Assembly: GCA_022772105.1 (NCBI GenBank)
Contig: JALFBO010000106.1
Span: forward strand, 1 to 32,544
Length of the DNA: 32,544 nt
DNA from: Erysipelotrichaceae bacterium
GTDB lineage: Bacteria; Bacillota_I; Bacilli_A; RFN20; CAG-449
Direction: 5' to 3'
Shown here one piece after another: positions 8,089-15,641 of the stretch. The notes beneath the pieces were generated by a model that had not been told where the DNA came from, made no database searches, and was given only the letters and a program-made list of their open reading frames with translations. The first letter of the stretch is position 1; each line of letters starts with the position of its first letter. Both the position numbers and the translations under genes were made by a program.

Positions 8089-8110
8089 TATTGATAGACC
8101 ATATTTCTAT

Positions 8111-8812
8111 TTAATTTAAATTTTGTTTCATGCCAATTAATGATAAGAATACTAATGCAGAATTCGTGGTGGAAGATTCAACATTATCATTATGAGTTTG
8201 GAAATTTTCATTTTCAAAGACAAAATCGGAAATTGAACGAATTACAATAAAAGGAACTTTTAATAAATAACATACTTGCCCTACTGCCCCAGATTCCATT
8301 TCAATACATTGCATTTCAGGCTCAATTAAGCCTTTTATATCAACGAAATTATTTTTATTGACAAATTTATCGCCTGAGACGACAATTCCTCGTCTATAAG
8401 GCAATAAAACGTTTTTAAGATGACTTTCAATATAATCTTCATCACATTCATAATATTTTGGACAACCTGGAACTTGACCGTATGCATATCCAAAACTAGT
8501 TACATCTACATCATAATATCCAACTTTAGAAGCGATAATTACTTCATCTAAAGATAAGTCTTTATTTAATCCACCTGAAGTACCTAAATTGAAGACTCTT
8601 TTAATGTTGACACATTTAGATAATTGTCCTAAGAAAAACGCAGTATGAACTTTACCAATTTTCCCCATCATTATGAGATATTTTTCTTTTTCAAATGTGA
8701 ATTCATATCCTTTTTCATTATTCACATTAGTAACTTTATATTCTTTTATAGTATGAAGTAAAGCGTCTAACTCACTATCCATAGCTACTAAGACAAGATT
8801 TATTGTTTCCAT
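8111..8812 (-). CDS. mtnN: 5'-methylthioadenosine/S-adenosylhomocysteine nucleosidase
   Basis: Motifs IEMESGAVGQVC, VIRSISD and GTSGGL are present. Confidence 0.85.
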   Translation of the reverse strand: METINLVLVAMDSELDALLHTIKEYKVTNVNNEKGYEFTFEKEKYLIMMGKIGKVHTAFFLGQLSKCVNIKRVFNLGTSGGLNKDLSLDEVIIASKVGYYDVDVTSFGYAYGQVPGCPKYYECDEDYIESHLKNVLLPYRRGIVVSGDKFVNKNNFVDIKGLIEPEMQCIEMESGAVGQVCYLLKVPFIVIRSISDFVFENENFQTHNDNVESSTTNSALVFLSLIGMKQNLN

Positions 8813-8815
8813 AAT

Positions 8816-9145
8816 TTATTTAGCCTTTTTTGATAATAATTCGTCTAAATTTACCCTGCTTCTTTCTTCAGGAGTAAAAATATGGACAACGATGTCATAA
8901 CAATCCACTAAAACCCAAGAAGAAGATGTATTTACTCCATCAACTCTTCTAACTTCTTCATTAATTAACGATAAATTCTTTTGAATTTCATCAACTATAG
9001 AACTAGCCATTTTACAGTTTCTCATCGTGGCTATTACTGCATATGACCAAAATGGTGACTTTTCTTCGATATTTATTGTGACAATATCTTCACCCTTTTT
9101 TTCTTCGATTGCTTTTTCAATCACATTTAATTTTGTTTGCTTCAT
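8816..9145 (-). CDS. rsfS: ribosome silencing factor RsfS
   Basis: Iojap/RsfS pattern (KKGEDIVTINI, WVLVDCYDIVVHIFTPEERSRVNLDELL). SD is GGAGA. The start overlaps the nadD-yqeK stop by 4 nt. Confidence 0.85.
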   Translation of the reverse strand: MKQTKLNVIEKAIEEKKGEDIVTINIEEKSPFWSYAVIATMRNCKMASSIVDEIQKNLSLINEEVRRVDGVNTSSSWVLVDCYDIVVHIFTPEERSRVNLDELLSKKAK

Positions 9146-10236
9146 TTTAAATTCTCCAAATAAGAGGCGATACAGGAGTTTGTTAAAGGATTTTGATATT
9201 CTTTATGAGTTTCCTCTAAAAACTCGATATTCGCCTTTAAAACGGCTTTAAAGCCTTGATAATAATCTTGATAACATGCTTCTATCAATTTACTTGAATC
9301 ATACCCTCTTGTTGGTTCGATTTTATCTGCGCTATAAACAATCATTGCTAAAGGAGTCATATTGGAACAACCAGTCGCGTGAAATTTTATAGCATTTAAT
9401 ATTTCTTCATCTTGAATTTTAAATCTGTCTCTTGCTATTGCTTCGGATACAAATTGATGATAAAGAGCTTTATTTAAATGATCGTACAGATTTAAAAAGT
9501 ATTCTTTTACATAATTTTCTTGCTCTTTTTGAGGAATTTCTTTACCAATATCGTGTAGTAGTGCCGCTAAAAAGGCCTTGGAAGGATTTATATTGTTTTT
9601 TAGAGCAATCTCATAAGCTAGGTTAGCAACTGATAAAGTATGATTGTATCTTTTAGAAGACATATACTCTTTTAATGTTGGGACAAAATATAATTCATTT
9701 TCTATGATATAGTCCAATACTTTCTTAGGACAATCCAAATTGTTGAACTGTCTTAATGATGATGAAGACATTGAAGAAATTTCTTCATCAATTAACAAAA
9801 CACCGTATTTTTCAACGTTTTTCGATACAATTTGATAATTTGGTCGAGCTATAGAAACAATTTTTACCATCTTTGATAGTTTATCGATTTCATACCATTT
9901 ATCCAAAACATCAAGTTGATCATACCCGATAAGAAAATATAATTCTTCTCTTTCATCGTGGTTATAATGAGAAATTGTGTTGTAAGTATAATTAATCTCA
10001 TCTGAAGAATTCATTTCATCATAACATATGGAATAATTACTCTTTCCTTCAATTGCTAGTTTGATCATATCAATTCTTTGCTCATCGCTAGTTGAAGATA
10101 ATTTTTTCCATCTAGGAGCTCGAGCTGGGATTAAAACCACCCTATCAATTTGTAGATGTGTGCATGCTTTTTCTAAAATTTGTAGATGACCATTATGAAT
10201 TGGGTCGAAAGAGCCACCAAAAAGGAGTGTTTTCAT
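9142..10236 (-). CDS. nadD: fused nicotinate-nucleotide adenylyltransferase NadD / YqeK HD-domain phosphohydrolase
   Basis: The N-terminal half has GGSFDPIHNGHL and SSSSLR. The C-terminal half has RYNHTLSVANLA, LLHDIGK and FHATG (YqeK-type HD). It is a single uninterrupted frame. I chose the start at ATG 10236 (MKTLLFGG) because of SD AAGGAGA. Confidence 0.85.
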   Translation of the reverse strand: MKTLLFGGSFDPIHNGHLQILEKACTHLQIDRVVLIPARAPRWKKLSSTSDEQRIDMIKLAIEGKSNYSICYDEMNSSDEINYTYNTISHYNHDEREELYFLIGYDQLDVLDKWYEIDKLSKMVKIVSIARPNYQIVSKNVEKYGVLLIDEEISSMSSSSLRQFNNLDCPKKVLDYIIENELYFVPTLKEYMSSKRYNHTLSVANLAYEIALKNNINPSKAFLAALLHDIGKEIPQKEQENYVKEYFLNLYDHLNKALYHQFVSEAIARDRFKIQDEEILNAIKFHATGCSNMTPLAMIVYSADKIEPTRGYDSSKLIEACYQDYYQGFKAVLKANIEFLEETHKEYQNPLTNSCIASYLENLK

Positions 10237-10246
10237 CTTAATCTCC

Positions 10247-10540
10247 TTATCTTGGAAGATGAATCTTACCATCTTTTAGATTTTTTCTAAACAAGATGAT
10301 GACCCCACCAATGATTTGGACTACTTCGCAATGTAATTCTTCTTCTAGAATAGAAGCAATTTCATTTTTATCTTCCATAACCGATTTTTGAAGACTTACT
10401 TTAATTAATTCATGAGCGGTTAAAGCTTGATCTAACATGGAAATAGTTTGCTTAGAAATCTCATTCTTTCCGATTTGATATTTAGCTTCTATAGGATTCG
10501 CAAGTGAACGAAGATACTTAATTTGTTTATTATTTAGCAT
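10247..10540 (-). CDS. yhbY: YhbY/CRM-domain RNA-binding protein
   Basis: Motifs LNNKQIKYLRSLANPIEAKYQIGKNEIS, HELIKV and QIIGGVIILFR are present. SD AGGGGA lies before ATG 10540. Confidence 0.8.
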   Translation of the reverse strand: MLNNKQIKYLRSLANPIEAKYQIGKNEISKQTISMLDQALTAHELIKVSLQKSVMEDKNEIASILEEELHCEVVQIIGGVIILFRKNLKDGKIHLPR

Positions 10541-10557
10541 AATTAATCCCCTATTTT

Positions 10558-11682
10558 TTAAATTTTGCATTGTCTAACGACGACATCAACGCCACTTGGT
10601 GCCCAAATTACGATAGTTTGATTCTTTCCTTCTAAAGATAACCAACAATAGCCAGATATGTAGATATCTACTTTTGTTTCTGGAAGGACTACTTCATGTC
10701 TTTCAAGCTTTTCGATGCTATTGATGCTAGCACTTATTGGATGAATGTTTTCTTTTGAGACTAAAGATTCAAATACACTGTTTGCTTTAGATAATTTGCA
10801 TCTATGGACATCTACTTCATTAGAAACATAAAGCGTACAATTAGTTTTCCCAGTTTTTTCAAAATCAAAGCGAGCAATTCCTCCTACAATAAGCGATTGT
10901 TTCGAATTTAATTGGAATGTTTTTGGTTTAATTTCCGTTCTTGGAATGATATATTTCATTGCGTTTGTTTCAACTGAAGCAAAAATTGAAGATGGAACGA
11001 TAACGCCTGGAGTATCGAATAATTTAGTCTTATTATCAAGTGGAACTGAGATAGTATCTACAGTTGTTCCAGGGTATGGAGAAGTAGAAATCATCGTTTT
11101 TGTCTCATTTTTGTATATTTTTAATAGTGCGTTGATCAATGAAGATTTTCCAACTGATGATGCACCGATAATATAGACATCTTTTCCATCGCGATTATCA
11201 AGAACAAATTGAAGAATTTCTTCTATATTGTAATTTTTATAAGCTGAGCCAATTGCTACTTCTTTTGGATGAATTCCCTCTTCCGCTAAACGATCGAAAA
11301 CGAATTGTTTTAATTTATTATCATCGACTGATTTTGGAAGTACGTCTCTTTTATTAGCGACCACTAGGATTGGATTATCTTTAATAAAAGGATGAACATC
11401 TCTTACAATACTTGATTCAAAAGCAAATAAATCGACAACATAGATGATTAAATTGTGTTTTTTCATCGATTTGGAGAATATTTCCTTATAATTTGGCATG
11501 ACAACAGCTTCTTCTTTTGTCTCTCCATAATGTTGAAGTCTATAGCATCTTTGGCAAAGAACTGTTCCATCTTTTCCAATAGGTTTAGGTGTGTACCCTG
11601 TTAATGATGGATTGGTATTTTGAAGTTCACAACCACATCCAAAACAGGTTAATTTTACTTCTTTTGTTTCTTTTGAATTCAT
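10558..11682 (-). CDS. yqeH: ribosome biogenesis GTPase YqeH (circularly permuted, N-terminal zinc ribbon)
   Basis: The zinc ribbon is CFGCGC...CQRC. GTPase motifs appear in the order NKRDVLP (G4), GASSVGKSSLINAL (G1), DTPGV (G3). SD is GGAGGT. Confidence 0.85.
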   Translation of the reverse strand: MNSKETKEVKLTCFGCGCELQNTNPSLTGYTPKPIGKDGTVLCQRCYRLQHYGETKEEAVVMPNYKEIFSKSMKKHNLIIYVVDLFAFESSIVRDVHPFIKDNPILVVANKRDVLPKSVDDNKLKQFVFDRLAEEGIHPKEVAIGSAYKNYNIEEILQFVLDNRDGKDVYIIGASSVGKSSLINALLKIYKNETKTMISTSPYPGTTVDTISVPLDNKTKLFDTPGVIVPSSIFASVETNAMKYIIPRTEIKPKTFQLNSKQSLIVGGIARFDFEKTGKTNCTLYVSNEVDVHRCKLSKANSVFESLVSKENIHPISASINSIEKLERHEVVLPETKVDIYISGYCWLSLEGKNQTIVIWAPSGVDVVVRQCKI

Positions 11683-11683
11683 A

Positions 11684-12205
11684 TTATTTTACCTCCAAAT
11701 TTTGTAGAATTTGTCTTTTCTTTAATTTTTTTCTTACAAATTTATCTCTGATACGGTTTATTCTTGTACAAGGTTGATCTTCTTTAACAATGGGTTCAGT
11801 TAATAACATTTTGACCTTTACCCTCTTTGAAGCAAGAACATCTGTCATAAGTTGATCTCCCACCATTAAGATGTTTTCTTTAGAAAAACCATTCTTTTCA
11901 ATAAATTTAATTATTTTTTTTCCAAATGGCTTTCCAGAACTATAAAGATACTTAACACCTAATCTTGTTGCATAAGGTTTAATTCTTTTCTCTTTATTGT
12001 TAGAAATTAATACTAACTCAATATTGTTTTCGCTCAATTTATTTTTTAATTCAACCACTCGCGAAGACGGAATAAGAATTTTATAACTATCTAAAGTGTT
12101 GTCTAAATCTGATAAAATGATTTTTATATTATGTTCTTTAAAAAAAGAAACTGGTACGTCAAAAATGTTTTGAGCATAAAAATCAGGTATATATCGTGTC
12201 AGCAT
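11684..12205 (-). CDS. yqeG: YqeG-family HAD-IIIA phosphatase
   Basis: Motifs DLDNTL, ISNN and VGDQLMTD are present. The tracked start at 12214 is the GTG inside the SD GAGGTG, so ATG 12205 is the likely start. Confidence 0.8.
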   Translation of the reverse strand: MLTRYIPDFYAQNIFDVPVSFFKEHNIKIILSDLDNTLDSYKILIPSSRVVELKNKLSENNIELVLISNNKEKRIKPYATRLGVKYLYSSGKPFGKKIIKFIEKNGFSKENILMVGDQLMTDVLASKRVKVKMLLTEPIVKEDQPCTRINRIRDKFVRKKLKKRQILQNLEVK

Positions 12206-12297
12206 CTTATTCACCTCAAAATTTATTATATTATAAAAAATATAATAATTAAATATAAACTTAAAAATGCACTTAATTTACATATTGATTGTTTGTA

Positions 12298-12324
12298 ATA
12301 AGATAAAATAGTAATTCATATAAT
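12298..12324 (+). promoter_or_regulatory. candidate mother-cell-type promoter of sigK (ATA-N16-CATATAAT)
   Basis: CATATAAT at 12317-12324 differs by one base from my remembered sigma-E -10 (CATACAAT). ATA lies at 12298-12300. The box ends 6 nt before ATG 12331. In AT-rich DNA this is weak evidence. Confidence 0.35.
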
Positions 12325-12330
12325 TGCTTG

Positions 12331-13029
12331 ATGATAAATTTAATAAGTGCTTTTCTTTCTCTTTTTAATGTTAATTATTTCTTAGGTTTTATTAAAAATG
12401 GTGTCTTCCCTCTAAAACTTGATGAAAATGAAGAAAATGAATATGTAAAAAAACTGTTTATAAAAGAAGAACATGATGAAGCAAGAGAAAAATTGATTGT
12501 TCACAATCTTCGTTTAGTGGCCCATATTGCAAATAAATATGAGTCAAAAGATGAGAATGTTGAGGACCTAATATCGATTGGAACAATAGGTTTAATTAAA
12601 GCGATTGATACATTTTCGCCTGAAAAAGATGTAAAAATTGCAACTTATGCCGCTAAATGTATTGAAAATGAAATACTGATGGTTTTAAGGTCAAATAAAA
12701 AATTATCAAAAAATGTTTCTTTACTAGATAGTATTGGTTCTGATAAGGATGGGTCTGACATTACCCTACTTGATGTTATCCCAAGCTCAGAACGCTTAGT
12801 AGAAGAAGAATATGAGCATAATCTTGATTTAAATAAATTAAAATCATACCTTCATGTCTTAGATGAACGAGAAACTATGATCATTAATCTTAGATATGGG
12901 TTAAATGGAAATAAAGAATTAACTCAAAAAGAAATCTCAAAACTTTATAAAATTTCTAGAAGCTATGTTTCAAGAATAGAAAAAAGAGCTCTTGTGAAGC
13001 TCCTTTCTGAATTTAAAAGAAATTCCTAG
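12331..13029 (+). CDS. sigK: sporulation sigma factor SigK (pro-sigma-K, uninterrupted)
   Basis: A hydrophobic pro-sequence (MINLISAFLSLFNVNYFLG) is followed by FIKNGVFPLKL. Motifs IVHNLRLVAHIANKY, DLISIGTIGLIKAI, ATYAAKCIENEILM and ISRSYVSRIEKRALVKL match my memory of B. subtilis SigK more closely than SigE. There is no skin-like insertion and no visible SD. Confidence 0.85.
   Translation: MINLISAFLSLFNVNYFLGFIKNGVFPLKLDENEENEYVKKLFIKEEHDEAREKLIVHNLRLVAHIANKYESKDENVEDLISIGTIGLIKAIDTFSPEKDVKIATYAAKCIENEILMVLRSNKKLSKNVSLLDSIGSDKDGSDITLLDVIPSSERLVEEEYEHNLDLNKLKSYLHVLDERETMIINLRYGLNGNKELTQKEISKLYKISRSYVSRIEKRALVKLLSEFKRNS
12980..13004 (-). terminator. candidate parC terminator embedded in the last codons of sigK
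   Basis: The minus strand reads AGGAGCTT-CACAA-GAGCTCTT followed by UUUU (A-run 12980-12985 on the plus strand). It begins about 22 nt past the parC stop. Confidence 0.45.
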
Positions 13030-15641
13030 TCATCGTCATCAACAAAATCAAATAGCGATAGTTTTTCATGTTCTTCTTCCTTCTCTTCTTCAACTGGTTC
13101 GAAGGTTTTTTGTTGAATTTTATTTGATTTAGACTCGTTTTTAGTAACTTTTGTGTTTTCATTTACATATGGAATATCAAAGTTAAATGCATCGATAACA
13201 TCAAAAGTATAATTGATTTGAGGTAAATTCTCTTTTAGATAATTACCCATTGGTTGAACTTTTATAGCGCTTAAATCTAGTTCCATTGTGACATTATTAT
13301 CTAAAGTAATATTTATCTTATTGTTCTCACTCTTATATGGAAGTTTACCAACATATACCGCTTTTTGAATATCAGACTTAAATGTTTTAAATATTTGTTG
13401 TTTTGGTCCAAGTCTAATTGAAAGTTCTAATTGGTGAGAATCGACAATACGTGCTGCATGACGATCAGTAAGAACTAGTATTTGACATCTTTCATCATCT
13501 TCAAATGATAATAATCCGGCAATTTGAGTTTTTTCTTTTGAAGTTGGGGTTATAGATTTTACTCCACCCGCTCTTATGCCTATTGGTTCGATTGAAGTTT
13601 CACTAAATAATGATGAATAGCCAGATTGAGTTACTACTAGTATTTTGGTTCTTCCAGTAGCAATTGTTACATATGCAAGCTCATCATCATCTCCTAAACG
13701 GAAGCATTTTATGGTTTTAGCTACTTTTGATGTTTCAAATTCAGTTATGTCAGTACGTTTAATTTGACCAGATTTTGATATCAAAACAATCGAAACGCCT
13801 TCTTTTAATTGACTATAAATTACACCACCTATGATCTTTTCATTAGGAGCTATAGAACCAGATTCATTAATATGTGCCCCTTCTTCTTTCCATTTTGTAT
13901 CAGTTAATTGGTATACAGGAATAGAAAGGTAGTTACCAAAATTAGTAAATGCTAAAAGTGTATCGGTTGTATAACATTTTATGATACCTTTAATTACATC
14001 ACCTTGTTTGAAACCTGGAAGTTGACCATTAGAAGATGTGTAGGAACGCATTTGAGTTCTTTTAAAGTATCCATCTTTTGTAAATACAACCATAACTTCA
14101 TCTTTTGAAATTAAAGCTTTCTTGTCTACTTCAAATGATGTTGTTCCCTCTTGAATTAATGTTCTTCTTTCATCTTTATATTTAGATTTTACAGCATTTA
14201 AATCGTTTTTAATAAGACGATTCATTTTTTCTGGATCTTCTAATAATTCTGTTAATTCTTTAATTGTTTCTCTTAAAGAATTACCCTCATTGATTAAAGT
14301 GGTAACATCAGTATTAGATAAACGATATAGTTGCATCGTTAATAATGCTTCTGCTTGTTCTTCGCTAAAATCAAGTTCACTAACAAGGCGCATTCTAGCA
14401 TCTTGCTTATCTTTAGAGGAACGAATTAAAGCGACTACCTTATCAATCATAGATAAGGCTTTAATTAATCCTTCGACAATATGAAGGCGAGCTTTAGCTT
14501 TATCTAAGTCATATCTAGATCTTCTTGTTAAAACATCTACTTGATGTTCAATGTAGCAATCCACTACTTCAAGTAACGAACAGACTTTAGGACGATTATG
14601 GTCAATAACAAGCATATTAAATTTCACAGAATTGCTTAAAACATTCTTAGAATATAAGAAATTTAAAATATTTTCGGGATCAGAATCTTTCTTAATATCA
14701 ATACAAATTCTTATTCCCTCACGATCTGTTTCATCTCTAACTTCCAAAATTGCATCTAATTTATTGGCAAAACGTACTTTATCAATATTATTAACAAAAT
14801 CAGATTTATCTTTTCCAAATGGAATATCTTTTATGATAATTTGATTTACATATTTATCTTCACATGATGTTTCCGCAGTTGCATAAAGCTTGATTAAACC
14901 TTTGCCAGTACGATATAAATCAGGTAAAGATTTAGTATCTCTTATAATACCACCCGTTGGAAAATCAGGACCTTTTATAAATTCTAGCAAATCATCTGTA
15001 GTACATTTTTTATGAGAAATTCGATAGCAAATTGCGTCAATTACTTCTTGAAGATTATGTGGAGGTATATCAGTTGAAGCACCGACTGCAACACCTGAAG
15101 AACCATTAACTAATAGATTTGGGAAACGACCAGGCAAAACAATAGGTTCATATTCTAAATCATCAAAGTTCAGCTGCATATCAACTGTTTTTTTATTTAA
15201 ATCTTGAACTAATAGTTCACTCATTTCTGAAAGACGTGCTTCTGTATAACGATAAGCAGCAGGTCCATCACCATCAATTGAACCATTATTACCTTGGAAT
15301 TCAATAAGAGGATATCTCATTTTCCAATCTTGTGATAAACGTACCATAGCTTCATAAACAGAAGTATCACCGTGTGGATGGAAACGACCGATAACCGCTC
15401 CTACGGTTCTTGCACATTTTCTGGTTGGTTTTGAAGATGTATTACCCTCGATAATCATTGTATAAAGAATTCTTCTTTGAACTGGCTTTAAGCCATCACG
15501 AACATCTGGGACAGCTCTTTCTTGTAAAACATACTTAGAATATCTTCCAAATCCTTGTGACAAAACATCCTCTACAGGAGTGGATTCAATCCATTCATTG
15601 ACTAGTTCTTCTTGTTCATTTTCAATCTTTTTTCTAGCCAT
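13026..15641 (-). CDS. parC: DNA topoisomerase IV subunit A with extended acidic C-terminal tail
   Basis: FGRYSKYVLQERAVPDVRDGLKPVQRRILY is ParC-like (GyrA has a different N-terminal motif). The active-site segment is AAYRYTEARL. The CDS follows parE with an 8-nt overlap, and plsY-parE-parC synteny matches B. subtilis. Confidence 0.9.
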   Translation of the reverse strand: MARKKIENEQEELVNEWIESTPVEDVLSQGFGRYSKYVLQERAVPDVRDGLKPVQRRILYTMIIEGNTSSKPTRKCARTVGAVIGRFHPHGDTSVYEAMVRLSQDWKMRYPLIEFQGNNGSIDGDGPAAYRYTEARLSEMSELLVQDLNKKTVDMQLNFDDLEYEPIVLPGRFPNLLVNGSSGVAVGASTDIPPHNLQEVIDAICYRISHKKCTTDDLLEFIKGPDFPTGGIIRDTKSLPDLYRTGKGLIKLYATAETSCEDKYVNQIIIKDIPFGKDKSDFVNNIDKVRFANKLDAILEVRDETDREGIRICIDIKKDSDPENILNFLYSKNVLSNSVKFNMLVIDHNRPKVCSLLEVVDCYIEHQVDVLTRRSRYDLDKAKARLHIVEGLIKALSMIDKVVALIRSSKDKQDARMRLVSELDFSEEQAEALLTMQLYRLSNTDVTTLINEGNSLRETIKELTELLEDPEKMNRLIKNDLNAVKSKYKDERRTLIQEGTTSFEVDKKALISKDEVMVVFTKDGYFKRTQMRSYTSSNGQLPGFKQGDVIKGIIKCYTTDTLLAFTNFGNYLSIPVYQLTDTKWKEEGAHINESGSIAPNEKIIGGVIYSQLKEGVSIVLISKSGQIKRTDITEFETSKVAKTIKCFRLGDDDELAYVTIATGRTKILVVTQSGYSSLFSETSIEPIGIRAGGVKSITPTSKEKTQIAGLLSFEDDERCQILVLTDRHAARIVDSHQLELSIRLGPKQQIFKTFKSDIQKAVYVGKLPYKSENNKINITLDNNVTMELDLSAIKVQPMGNYLKENLPQINYTFDVIDAFNFDIPYVNENTKVTKNESKSNKIQQKTFEPVEEEKEEEHEKLSLFDFVDDDD

